From assembly GCF_009914755.1 (NCBI RefSeq), contig NC_060940.1: 64,000 bases of DNA; one strand, 5' to 3'. Of the stretch, positions 47,471 to 60,529 are shown piece after piece (within the stretch, counting starts at the first letter, position 1; the number at the start of each line of letters is the position of its first letter). The DNA is from the human T2T-CHM13v2.0 reference genome, Homo sapiens. Below the pieces are notes generated by a model that saw only the letters and a list, made by a program, of their open reading frames with translations, had not been told where the DNA came from and made no database searches. A program made the translations under genes and the position numbers.

Positions 47471-49375
47471 CGAGAGGTTGGCAAATGGCCGCGGACCCGC
47501 CAGTTCCCAGGCTTCTTGGGATCCCCTCGAAAAGCCCCCTCGCGAGTATCTGAAGCCATCAGTTCACTGCCAGAAATGAAAACTTCCTGTCACTAGTCAC
47601 CTGCCGTTTGCTTTTTCAAAACCACCATTTCCGCTGTGCTCTGGGTTGTCACAAATCCTCCTTCACCCCAGGAGCGCCCCTTGGACCCCTGGCCGATGGC
47701 AGGGCCCACACCTGGGTCGGGCCTCTCACGGGGACGCTTCCGCCACTGCAATAAAGAGGAGAAAACGTCCCAGGGGAAAGACCTGACCCTGTTACATTCA
47801 GTCAGAAAACAGCCACAGGAAGGGGCTTGGGGAGCTACCTCCACCACTCCTCTGACCCGACCCAGGCTGCTTCCCAGGCCTCGGGATCCTAGTGTGAACC
47901 TCCGGGCCGTGATTAACGTAGGTCAGCAGGGCCAGAGCGCCCCTTGGTCGCTCCCAACACATGAGGGAAATTTGTGTGGTGAGGTCAGGGACAGTGTCTG
48001 CGTTTCTGCCCTGAATAGGGCTCCCTTGGAAAATCTTTTAATATTTCTTTTTAAAAACAGCCCCATTGGACCACTTTTAATAGTTTGCTGATATAACTAA
48101 ACAGTGATCATTCTCTTAATTCATGTTTCCATTAAGTTTTTCAGATTAAGTACTCCAAGACTACACGCTGTTGAAACTGTCATAGGCACAGCCTCAGCTC
48201 CCTGCAGGGCAGAAACACGAGCAGAATCTCCGTGGGGCATCTTTCTGGAGCATCAATATTACTGCAGGCTTTGGAAGAAACAAATATAAATAATTTCTAA
48301 AGTAAAATATGGAACATTTAAGACAAGGCTGGAAAAGTCATCCACCTTTAATAACTGTCACCTGTGCCTCACATGGCAGACTTTCTCCAAGAAAAATACT
48401 CTAAGGAGAACCTATTTCCATTCTTATAAATAACAAAAATGATAAATCATATCAAGTAAATTGAAAGTCCTGCCCTGCTAGTTTCCTAAATCACAACATG
48501 GCCTGGGCATCGTTTTATTTGTATTTTTGCAGGGGGCAGGAGGTGGACCTTTGGATATAAAAATTTGGGTTTTTGAACAATTTTTCGAAGTCTTCAGGTA
48601 TTCCTTGTTGATTTACTTGTGTACACCATCTAATTCTTCTGTCTCTCTTCTCTCCTCAGACTCAATCATTCCACAGGTCTCTAAGGCTCTGTTTATTTTC
48701 TGTAAATTTTGTTGATTTACTTTTGTACCCATTTAATTTTTTCTGTCTCTTCCCTTTTGTCAGACTCAATCATTCCACAGGTCTGTAATGCTCTGTCCAT
48801 TTTCTTTAAGCTTTTTCTTCTTTTTAACTTCCATCTTCACATCAGATAATTTCTATTGCTTTGTCTTCTGTTTCTGATCTATAGATAAGCTCAAAATTAT
48901 TGTTTTTATTTTATATTTTTATATTTGGCTACTTTTCATTTCTCTGCTGAGGTTCCACATCTGTTTATTTATGAGAATATTTTCCTTTGCCCCCATGAGC
49001 ATAGTTATAATACCTGCCTTCAAATTCTTGTCTGCTAGTTACTTCCTGGAGATGTCTACTGCCTGCTTTTTATCTTGTGTAAGTATTACGTTCTCATGTG
49101 TCTTCACACATCTCATGGATTTAAAAATTGTGCACACAGACTGCGTACAAGAGTTATAGAGACTCTGGTTTCTGTTGTGTCCCTTGGAAGAGTGTTGTAT
49201 TTTAAAGAGGGTGTTAATTGGGCTGGATTCTAGCTTCAATAGTTATTTTTCCTATGGAGAGCACAGATGAAATCCTCATTCAGTTCTTATATACATATAC
49301 TCATATATGTATGCAATATAGAAGTGTCTCTAAAATGATATATGTGGGGAAAAGAAAGATCAAAATGGAGTTTTT

Positions 49376-50382
49376 TGTAAAGGGGGCCTGCCCCTCCACA
49401 CCTGTGGGTATTTCTCATCAGGTGGAGACGAGAGACTGGGAAAAGAAATAAGACACAAAGACAAAGTATAGAGAAAGAACAGTGGGTCCAGGGGACCTGC
49501 GCTCAATGTGCAAGGACCCGCACTGGCTCTGGTCTCTGTGGTCTCTGAGTTCCCTCAGTATTTACTGATTACTATTTTTACTATCTTTGCAAGGGGAGTG
49601 CAGCAGGAGAACAGGGTGATGGTGGGGAGAAGGTCAGCAGGAAAACATGTGAGCAAAGGAATATGCATCATGAAAAAGTTCAAGGAAAGGTATTGTGCCC
49701 TGATGTGCACGTAGGCTAGATTTGTGTTTCACTTTACACAAACATCTCAGTGTAGCAAAGAGTAACAGAACAGTATTGCTGCCAGCCTATCTCACCTCCA
49801 GCCACAGGGCAGTTTTCTCCTATCTCAGAATAGAATGAATGGGAATGGTCAGCTTTACACAGAGACATTCCATTCCCAAGGACGAGCAGGAGACAGAAGC
49901 CTCCCTCTTATCTCAACTGCAAAGAGGCCTCCCTCTTTCACTACTCCTCCTTAGCACAGACCTTTTACAGGTGTTGAGCTAAGGGATGGTAAGGTTTTTC
50001 CTTTCCCACGAGGCCATACCTCAGGCTGTCTTAGTTGGGGGAAACCATGGACAATACCCTTCTTGGGCAGAGGACCCTGCTGCTTTCCAGAGTGCATTGT
50101 GCCCCTGGTTACTCGAGAATGGAGAATGGTGATGACTTTTACCAAGCATACTGCCTGCAAACATACTGTTAACAAGGCACATCCTGCACAGCCCTAAATC
50201 CCTTAAACCTTGATTCAATACAGCATATGTTTCTGTGGGCACAGGGTTGGGGCTAAAGTTACAGATTAACAGCATCTCAAACCAGAATAATTTTTCTTAG
50301 TACAGATCAAAATGGAGTTTCTTATGTCTTCCTTTTCTACATAGACACAGTAACAATCTGATCTCTCTTTCTTTTCCCCACA
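49376..50382 (-). mobile_element. HERV-K (HML-2) solo LTR5 (LTR5A/B-like)
   Basis: Minus strand starts tgtggggaaaagaaagagagatcagattgttactgtgtct and ends ...cccacaggtgtggaggggcaggcccccttt-aca; ~1.0 kb. Confidence 0.93.
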
Positions 50383-50584
50383 ATATATACTATTTTATCC
50401 AGGGTTCACTATTTTTCTCTATGAGAGTGTTAGTTCAGCTAGCTACTTCACCATTAGTGGAAGCCAGAACCTCAGTTTTGATTTTTGGATTTAATATGAA
50501 TGAAATTATATAATATAGATACGTTTACATCAATTTTTTTATTGCAAGATTATGTTTGTGATATTTATTTACACTGTTGCAGAT

Positions 50585-50885
50585 TTCTATGGTCTGTTCA
50601 TTTTTAAAAGTCTTTTTTTACATTGTGGTAAAATATACATAAAATTAATTATTTTAACAATTTTTTAACGTGCAGCTCAGAGGAAATAATCACACTGACA
50701 TTGTTCTGCAACCATCATCCACATTCATAGGGAATTTTATTCATTTTGCAAAACTGAAACTCTGTTCCTGTTAAACAACAGCCCCCCTTTACCTTCCCTT
50801 TGGCCCCTGGAAGCTACTCTTCCACTTTGTGTTCCTGTTAATGGAACTACCATAAGTACCTCATATGTGTGGAATCATACAATGT
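50585..50885 (-). mobile_element. Old L1 3' end fragment
   Basis: 'ttgtggtaaaatatacataaaatt...aagtacctcatatgtgtggaatcataca'. Confidence 0.7.
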
Positions 50886-51221
50886 AGTAAAAAATATCAT
50901 GAGGAAGAATAATACACATTGTATAACATATTTATTAATTTAAAAAACTTGTTTTTTAATTTAAATAAACACAGAGATCAGTAGCATATAGAGAAAGATA
51001 GATAAAAAAGAAAAAGCAGTTAGAAGGCTGTGTTCAATTTATGACTATGGTGTCTCAAATTCCGGAGCAGTGAGGCCCCTGCCCCAGACACAAGGCTGGT
51101 CACGGTGCAGCTGGGAGCCCAGTGCAGCTGTCTGACTCCCAAAGCCCATGCTCAGCCCAAATATCACTGAGCCCTGAGGCACTCTGCCCCTGCCAGCCCA
51201 GGCACTCAGTGCCAGTGAGAT

Positions 51222-53170
51222 TCACCATGGCCTGTTCTTGGTCTTTGGGGTGTTGCTGGCCTCCTGGGATGGGGGCTCAGCTGACAGAACAAGTAGGAGT
51301 TTCAGGAAATAGTGGTAGCTGTGAGGCTACCAGGAGCCACACCTCAGGCTTCCCACTGCCTGCCCAGGGGTCCCCATGCAACAGGGCCAAATGTTGACCA
51401 GGGAGCCATAGCCACAGGCTTTCTGAAGCTGGTCGCAAGATGGAGTCTTCTCCTACCCTCTGCTAATCTGCTACGCTCTCACCTTTTATTCTGACTGTGT
51501 CACACTTCATGAACTGGAACCAAACCCCAAATTCTTCTTCAGTTGGAAGATGACAATTATCTCTTGTCACTGAAGCAGCTGCATTTCTTGGAGGATTTTG
51601 ATCTAGAGACAGACAGAAGGACAGGATTCTGACAGGTCCTGGGTGGAAGATGATAAAGGGAAATTGTGGGGGAGGGAGGAGGCAGAAGCCAGTCTCTGGG
51701 GCTTATCCCTTAAGGGGTTCCATCATCCCCTCCAATCCCATGTAGTGCCAACCGGTTCTCAGAGTTGGATATAAACAGTCCCTCCTATAAGAACTTATAA
51801 TTGATTCTAGTTCCCTAATCAAACCCTCCACTGCAATGGGTCTCCTCCTTCTCTATAAAACAAACCTTCCCAACAAATCCAAGATGCAGAGGATGGAGCC
51901 AGGTAGTGTTCTCCCTAGGGTGGTCTCTGACTTTCACATCCCCACCCTCCCTCACAGTGAGGGCCCCAGAGGCTCATCTCACTCCTTTACTTAGTGTGGA
52001 TTATATTTTCCTAGAAGGTGGACAGCCAAGATCCCTCAGAAAGGTTCCCTGGCCCATGACTAGCCCTCATCCCATGTACTTCCTATGCTGCACCACCACC
52101 AGGGCCACCAGGGTCACGGCATGAGCATAAAACAGGACTTGGACCTTCACCAAGTTCTGGGTTCTACAGAAGGGACACTGAGGCTCAGTGAACTTTTGCC
52201 CTGATTCTCTGTGATGATAGACAGAAAAACTGAGGATTTGGAAACAAAGAAGGTACTCAACCATGTAGGAACTGCCTGTCTTAGGAGGGGCCCAATTTCT
52301 CTCTTCTCCAATGGGCACCACCTAAGGCAGAGGCTGAGCCTCAGTTCTGCAGCTTCACTACTCAAGGAACAGGGTGGTGTCTTTGCTGGAGCCTCCATCA
52401 CTTATAGATAAGATGGACCTGACACCCCATTCACAGGGGCACCTGGTAGGCTCTCAGGAAAGAAGGTTTGTCAAGTGCTGCAATCTCAGGGCTCAGTCCA
52501 GGACTCTGTCCTTACAAGTTTCAGGATCCTGGTCCCCACCCTGCCTGCTTCTCCCAGTCTCACGCACATTCATATAATCCTCTCTGCGAACTTCCAGCAT
52601 CTGCATGTCAGTGAGAAGTGTGCCCAGAAAGGGCACAGCTCCTTGTGCCATCAAGGTGGTAGCAATGATGACTACCAATTCTCAGCGTCCCGCACAAGGC
52701 CTGTGCTTTGAACTCTCACGAACCCACATCTCCTTGACCCTCCTACCCAAGTTTCCCACTTAGAGCCACCAAGGACCCTCAGCCTCCTTGCCCGAAATCT
52801 TTCTCTCCTCTTTCCACAGCTGGCCTCCAAAGACACCAAGAACCTCCTAGTTACTTCTGTGGTGGGATTTTAATAAGTCACAAAGTCAGGTCATCCCTAG
52901 CTGCACTCTTCCCCAAATTCACTCTGAGCCAAGCTCTCCCAGTCTCTGCCTCTGGTCTCTCTAATGAAGGCATTCCAAGCACTGTGGGCACAGGTGGGCA
53001 GGGCCGGAAGAGGAAGACACTCTCCTCTCTTGATGTGGAGAACTCCAGCTTGGGGGGAGGAGCCTTGTCCTTGACTCCCTGGAGCCCCTCCCTGCCACAG
53101 GCCAACTCACCTGCTGCTGCAACCCCATCTGGACTCTCTAAAAACGTCTCCAGTTAGCAGAGTCAGAAAC
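51222..53170 (-). pseudogene. RGL4/RALGDS-like RasGEF pseudogene, C-terminal exons with introns (~53111-53160, 52569-52642, 51483-51602, 51222-51318)
   Basis: RVQMGLQQQ|gtgag; GAVPFLGTLLTDMQMLEVRREDYMN; IKILQEMQLLQ*..EEEFGVWFQFM|gtgag; SY..FCQL.PPSQEASNT. Compare RGL4 GVVPFLGDFLTELQRL / VLQEMQLLQ and RALGDS SYNLSCELEPPSESASNT. Confidence 0.8.
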
Positions 53171-54039
53171 AGGGGCAGTAAGACTGTGCTTCCCTCACAG
53201 TTATACCTCTGTTCTCCTGACCTCAGATCTTAAATAACCACCTGAGTCAGCTGGTGCAATGCTCCCACCACCTCCAGTGAGCCCTGATTCTAGATTTACT
53301 CCCAGCTCCAACATTCAATGTGTTCGTAACTTTGGACATACAGCCAGGCCTCCCTAAGACTATTTCCTCATCTGGGAAGTGTGATGGGAACAACACCTTC
53401 CTCACAGGTTCTCCCAAGGATTCAGTCACATGTGGCTATCACCATTGTTCTGACCTCTTTCAGGAAGAGGTAGCCACAAAAACTCTCAAATTTCCTTCCT
53501 CCTTTGCACCTTATCATGACCCTGTGAGGCCTGCACAACAGGCTTCCTGCATTTCCCAGATGAGGAAACAGAGGACCAAAGAGGGCATGACTTGCCCAGG
53601 GCCCCATAGGAGAGGCTGGCTCCTCCTCGAACCTGGAGGGCGTGCCGGAGCTGCCTTTATGCTACACACCAGCACCACCACTGACCAGGGTCCAATCCTC
53701 TGGATTCTATGGGTGTCCGCATCCCAATCCAGGCCCAGCTGTGGTGAAAAAGGGACGTGTTGTCTAGGGAGGCCTTGTTGAGCAGTACCAGCTTGTCCCA
53801 GCTTCACTGGAATTGCTATCCCACAAGCTGGGTTTGAGGTCATGCAAAATACTTCACCTCCTTCATGATCCACCAAGGGAGTTTTCCAAACAGAACTCTC
53901 TCTTTATCCACTCCCTGCAGTTGGCCTGCCAGTGAAATCATGCCAGTGTGGTAGACAGTTGTCCCACCCCACCCACCAGCTGCCAACCTCCAGTGTCTCT
54001 GATACCCAGGGATGATCATGCCCACCTTGGCTAGGCTAC

Positions 54040-57000
54040 TGAGATTCAGGAGGACTTAAACAGATCTTGGCTCAAATGGGTTGCTTCAGCCTTGTGTCCT
54101 GGGCCATCTCCCTTGGCCTTCAGAAGGCGCCTGCCAGCCTCAGTGTGCCAAGTACTGACCCTAGTGGTCTCTCCTTGGGGACCACCTCTCACCCACCCTC
54201 CATTGCCAGGGCTCCTGCTCAGCCCTTTTCACTTTCCCAGAACAAGCCTGGCTTCACAGACACATGAGATTCTGTGCATTCATCTATGTGGTGTTCAAAG
54301 AAAGAGAATAATTTCCATCTTTTTCTAACTTGACCTACAACCTATTTATTGTGAAGAGGTCCAGGCTGCAGGAGATCTCTACACACCCACCCAGAAGCCC
54401 TCAGCCCTTGTTTTAGTACCTTCTTGTTTCACCCTGTTACTAAATGTTTATGACCTCAAGGAAATTGGGGGAAGCATGAGCAAATGCAATTCCATTGATA
54501 CCAGTGCTGTGAGGGCAGGGCCAGAAGGGTGAACCTCCCTGGGATTATACAGAAATTTTATACAGGATAGACATTTCAAGGTTGCTTTGGAGAAATGCAG
54601 ATAGAACTAACTTTCATAGGTGACAGTATGCAAAAGTTAAGCTTCCTAACAGTCACGAGTTCACAAGTCCCTCTTACTAAATTTGGCAGTGTGTGGTGAT
54701 GTCCAAATGGCCATAATACACATACATCAAATAATTAATAGCATTCATTTTGTGTTAGAAATTGTGCATTTCAGCCAAAAGTTTTTAATACATCATGGAT
54801 AGTTTCCCATATTGCTTGAGGATTGGAAAAGAGAGCACTTTATGAAATGTCCTTTTGGACACATTTTCATTGAAGTTTCCATATACCAACAGGCAATGAG
54901 ACGAGTGATAATTCAGCAGCCTCATTGTCTGGGGTGACACTTGAACTTCTTGGTCTCACAACTGAGGAAATCAAGAATGCAGACATGCCAAGGGTGAGGT
55001 TAGATCAGAAGTTTAATAGGTGAAAGAGAATAGCTCTCTGCTGCAGAGAGGGATCCTGAAAAAGAGTTGCCATTCTGCAGTGAAATGCAAGGGTTTTTAT
55101 ATATGAGCTAGTGGGAAGGAGTATCTTATCCACATAGGGTGTGAAAAACCTGTTAGGACCAGGTGTGTCATCTGCATAGAGCACAAATTTCTGACAGCCC
55201 ACATCCCACCCTTTTATTATGCAGGCGGGTTCTTGGCCTGAGCTATTACAAGTTGCTCATCTCTTTCCCACTCTACATGTCCAATGAAGAGGGGAGGAGC
55301 CCCTCATGTTGCATGTGTCTGGCCCAAGATGGGCAGTGCAGCTGCAGGCATCCCTGTCCATGAAAGCTTTCAAGCCTCCTTATCTATGATTGCAGCCTGA
55401 TCTTACAGAGCTGTTCTTTCTTAAAGAGAAGTGGTGTCTTGGGCTGGTTTTCGTTAGAAGGGGAGTTCTGCCGAGGACTCTTTGCTCTATCTGCCTACCT
55501 AGTTTCTTTCTTCATCCACTCTCAATGATAAATATTTGCTTTTAAGGGAATTCTGGGGGTGGGCACAGACAAATTTGGGACCACAAAGTACCTTAGAATA
55601 AGAATTCACCCTTCAATCAGCTATAGTGTGATTGTACATCTATTATATCGGCTTCATGCACTACTCAATATAACAAGAAGGGAAAATGTGTATCTTTTAA
55701 AAATCTAGACGACAAACGGACTTTCCACAGATTGTTTGTGTTTTCCTCTTTCTAGAACTTGGTCATTCCACTGTAGATTGTTTTCTCTGGAATCACCAGA
55801 TGATCAGTAAACCTAGGCTGGCAAGCAGGACACGGTGGATTCCTTGCAGGGGTGGTGTTTTTGCAGGGACCCTAAAGGGGCAGTCACTGCAGCCGGCAGG
55901 AAAGCCTCAGCAGTGATTCTCTCCAGCGCTGCCCCGGCGGGGTTAGGCATCCACACAAAGTTCTGATTCCCTCTCATGAAGGGCGACCTTGGCCAGGCAA
56001 GCCCCAGCCTCCAGGAAAAAAAGGGCAGACCAGGGAGCTCTCACCTTCCGGTCTTATCGTGAGCTGTGCCTATAGCCTACACTGGGGCACAACTTAAAGG
56101 TGCGCGGATCTGTTCTGGTCTTCCAGGAGGCAGAAGACAACATTTCTCCCTGATTCGCTGCCCTGTTGGCAGGGCCTGGGATGGACTGCAGGTCTGCATG
56201 GTGATTTCCAAGTCTCCAGCACCCAGTTGTCCCATTGTGATGACAAGAGGGATGGCCAGAAGTACCGGGGTGAGGAAAACAGAGGGCTACCAGGAGAAGG
56301 GGAGCTTCCAGAAAGAGGCCCACCGCAAATGCTTAGTGCCTGGGTGGGCACGGGGATTGCTGGCTGCAGCTTGGGGGCAAGGCCACGGGCCCTGCTGCTG
56401 GTCACCAGATAACCACCCCCTGCCAGAGGTCACCAGGGATTCTGTGAAAGCCTTCGGAAATGATAAATGCAAACCTTCGGAAATGATCAGCCACAGCAGC
56501 TGATCCAGGCCGCTGAGGGGAGCAGGGAGCCACGCCGAGTACCCCTTAGACTGCAGCCTGTGAATGCAGCCTGGGTCTGGGGCACCAGTGGAAGTACAGC
56601 CCATGCCTCCACCGCCCTTGCCCTCTCCTGCCTCGCTCCTTGTCTGGTTGTGGCAAGATTGTAACGGCCTGTTCTATGTCCCGCTTGAGAAGTGTGCAAG
56701 GTTGGGGAGGCAGATCAGAGGGATGTGATCGCCAAGAGCCCTGCTCCTTTGTTGGGCACTGCGAGGAGACAGGACAGAGGTGTTCATTTTGTTCTGCTCA
56801 GAGAGGAGAGGAGAGGCCAAAGCTCATGACACTGTCTTTTTAGGGGGCCTCCCATTCAAATTCTACCCTGTCTCCACTGTCCTACACTTGAGCAGACTGA
56901 GGAGATAAGGCTCTGGTAGATAGGCGTGGCCACAGAAGTCCGCATGCCCACCTTGACAGACCCACAGACTGACAGCACTAGGGTCCACACCCGCAGAGGC

Positions 57001-60000
57001 TCTCTCCATCTGCCGGGCAGTGGACTCCCACATTCGCAGTAGGCAGCTCTTCTGCCCTATCCACAGGCAGCCGCCTTCCTCCAGTGACTAAGATCCTCAG
57101 GGCTGATCAGGGACCCCCTGCCCCACCGTCAGCAAGGCTGCTGAGATTCAGGGCCAACTGGACAGATCTTTGGCTCAGATGAGCCGCTTGAGCCTTCAGT
57201 GTTCTGGGCCGTCTTTTCTGGCCTTCAGAAGGTCTTTGCCAGCCTGAGTGGGCCAGGCCCTGACCGTGGCTGCATCTCCCTGGGAGCCCCATCTCAACTG
57301 CCCTCCATCCCCAGTGCTCCTGCTCAGTGCTTCCCACTTTCCCAAGACAAGCTGGCTCCAACAGGCATGTCTAGACCCTGTGTGTTTCTCTTTATGGTGG
57401 GCAAAGAAAGAATGATTTCCATTTTCTTTTTATTTTTTCTAACTTTACCTATAACTTACTTATTGTAAAAAGTCTTAGGCTGCCGGAGCCCTGACTCACC
57501 CACCCAGGAGGCCCCAGCCATTATTTCAGTACCTTTCCAACCCACCATGTCACTAAATATTTCCACCCTTAACAAAATAGGGAGAAACACGAGCAAGTGC
57601 AAATCCACTGGCACCAGAGCTGTGAAGATGGGTCCAGAAGGTCATGCTCATTAGGATTCTACAGGAATTCCATAGAAATAAACAACTCAAGGTTTGTTTG
57701 GACAGACTGGCATGGAGAAGTAACTTTGATAGGTTCCGGTACACAGACATTAAGCTTCCCAACAGCCGTGAGTTTACAGATTCCTCTTCCTGAATTTGGC
57801 CATGTTTTTTCGATGTGTAAATTGCCATCATGGCCACACACATGTAGAATAGTTTATACCATTCATTTTGTATTACTAATTGCTCAATTTGGCTGACAGT
57901 GCTTCATACATCATGGTTGGTTTCCAACCTTTCTTGAAAATTGGAAGTGATGGCCTTTTATGGAATGTTGTTTTTGACACACTTCCATCTAAGGCTTTGT
58001 GTCCCCACAGTGCTAAGAAGACAAGTAGTCATCACTCCCATTTTGAGGGGGTCAGGGGAAGCAGACACAATTTGAGAATACAAAGTACCTTGGAATCAGA
58101 ATTCACCTTTCAATCAGTTTTAGTGTAAATTGCACATCCATTAGAATAGCCTGTTCATGCTCTCTTAAGATTTCAAGGAGGGACAATTGTCACCTTTGAA
58201 AAATCAAAGTGACCAATGGACATCCCTCAGATGTTTGTCTGTTTGTGGCGCTTGGTCATGCCATTGTAGATCATTTCTTTTGGAATCACTGTGTGATGAG
58301 AATCCCCAGGCTGGAGAGCTGGGCACCGCGGAGTCCCTGTGGGAGAAGTGTTATTGCGGTCGCTAAAGTGACAGACACTGCAGCCCGCGGGAAAGCAGCA
58401 TCCGCGATTTTCTCTGGCGCAACTCGGGTCCTAGGTGAGGCAGCCAGTCCAACAGCTTATTCCGTGTGTGGAAGGGCGAACCTGGGCCTCCGCGCGGCTT
58501 CAGCTTCTAGGAAACAGGCAAGGGCCAGGGAAAGCCTTATACGTTTACCGCGGCGGTGTGTGGGGCCTGCATCCGCCACTGGGTGCCCCACTTCTTCCTG
58601 CAGTGCTGGGTCCTGTTCCATTCCTTCTAGAGGCTTCAGAGGACTTTCCTCTCTGACTGCCGGCATGTCTGCCTGGATGCTGCAGGACCCCCCACATCTG
58701 CGGATTTTCTGAGTCTCTATAGTGCCAGGTGCCCCACTGTGACAAGGAGGATGAACAAAAGCAGGAGATTAGAGCCGTGAGGGAAAAAAAAAGCAGGAGA
58801 GATGCTGTAGGGGGGAAGTCTGATGGTACTGCCTCTAACATGGAGGCTGCTGGTGCCGCTCGGGCAGGGCTGGTCGCTGCCAGGACGAAGTGATCTGCTG
58901 TGCTGTAGATTCTCACCGTGTCCACCCTTTCCCCTTCGGGGACGCCTCGGTAACCAGCTGAAGCACTGGTTCTGCGTCCGGAACAAAGACTGCGGACCCT
59001 GGCGCGGGCTTCAGCCTGCAGGACATAAGCGTGAGCCATGGAGCACCCCACATGTCTAGGTTGTTGTGGGCTGGACCTGCAGCCCCCACTGGGCTCCTGA
59101 CTTCTTCCTGGAGTGCGGGGGTTTTGTTCTGTTCATTCTGGATGCGGCAGATTACTTTCCTTCTGGTCTTCCTGCACGGTCGCCTGACCCCTGCAGGACC
59201 CAAGATCAGTGGGGTTCCCGGGTCTCCATGGTGTCAGGCGCCCCATTGTGACGACAAGGAGGATGACCAAAACTATGCCAGTGGTTGAGGAAGAAGATAA
59301 GGAGGAGGAGTGGAGCTGCAGGGAGGAGGCTCGACAGGATCGCCTCCAGCCTGGGGCAGCTGGGTTGGCGAGGCGGGGGCTGGTTGCTGCCCTGGCGGGC
59401 GAGGTGATAAACCATGTTGTAGAATGCCATTATCCCCACCTCCAGCTGGGGGCGCCTGGGCGTATCTGAAAACCTTGGGGGAAGTGTTCACGTTTTTGGC
59501 GCTTAAGAAAAGGAAGAAGCGGCAGCTAGCTGCAGAGGCTGTTCCAGGCCTTCCAGCGACATCGCAGAACCTGCACCGAGTGCCACTTGGACCGCAGTCT
59601 GGACCTGAAGCCTTGGGCCGGGGCACCCGTAGGAGCTCAGCCCTCACCGCTCCCGCCCTCTTTGGATTCTCTTCTCCCCGAGCTTGGCCAGAGTTCAGGT
59701 CTCCTGGTTTCTGGTCTGCCCGGTAAGAGTGCAGGAGTGCAGAGGTGAGGAGGGGGAGTTAGGAGTCTTGTTCCGGTTCTCAGCATAGTGAGAAGTCTGA
59801 AAAGAGGTGATGATCCGGTTGTGCTTGAAGGGGAGAGGCCAAAGCCCAGGACATTCTGCCTTTTTAGGGGATTTACCTTTCAAGCCCTATTTGGTCTCCA
59901 CTAGCCTTTGCTTCTGAGGATGAAGGAGTTGAGCCTCTGTTACATGGATGTCTACAGAGATCATACCCCTTGCCCTGAACGACCGAGAGACTGATAGCTC

Positions 60001-60450
60001 TAGGGCCAGCACCTGAGAAGCCTGTAGCCTGCCTGCCAGTGGACTCCTGTATCCGGAGTAGACAGCCCTCCTGACCCCCCTGCTGGCTGCCTGCCTCTAG
60101 TGTCTTTGATTCCTGCAGCTGGCCAGGCCTTCCTTGCAAATGACGCTGAGATTCAGCAGTTTGTGCACAGATCAGATTGGCTGCTTGAGTCTTTGGCATC
60201 CTGAGCCATCTCCCTTGGGCCTTCAGAAGGGCTATGTCATCCTCGGTGGGCATGGCCTGGATCCTGTGACCTCTCCATGGGTGTCCAGTCTCACCCTGCC
60301 TTCAATCACTCACTCAGCCTTTCCGGCTTTTTGGGGACAAGCCCCGATCCACCAGACACGTCTATTACCTGTGTGTTTCTTTTAGCAGTGTTCAAAGAAA
60401 GAGATCTATTTCCATTTTTTCTCCCATAACTTGACCTCTAACTCATTCAT
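54040..60450. repeat. Ancient ~3.1 kb tandem triplication (units start ~54040, ~57140, ~60145)
   Basis: 'ctgagattcag...cagatc..tggct...ggccttcagaagg' and 'caaagaaaga...tttccat' recur three times. 54600-54900 matches 57720-58020, and 55570-55960 matches 58070-58440. Confidence 0.8.
54906..55524 (-). mobile_element. ERV1 solo LTR (MER50-like)
   Basis: TG...CA ends and LTR-like content. It is absent from the paralogous unit at ~58030. Confidence 0.65.
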
Positions 60451-60529
60451 CATAATATAAGCTTGACGGGTAGACATGCCCGTAAATGTGTGTCCAAATG
60501 CTTACTGTGGGAAAGAGGTCTGCCTCCTG

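Larger units (their letters stand above)
46200..47950. promoter_or_regulatory. CpG island / promoter-like region
   Basis: High CpG density, reverse CCAAT (gattgg ~47082), GC boxes (ccccgccc ~47093, 47128) and repeated catgcgca. Confidence 0.75.

Noticed and set aside
48606-48800. ~100-bp direct duplication
   Set aside because: Local duplication in an old L1-like T-rich tract; ordinary.
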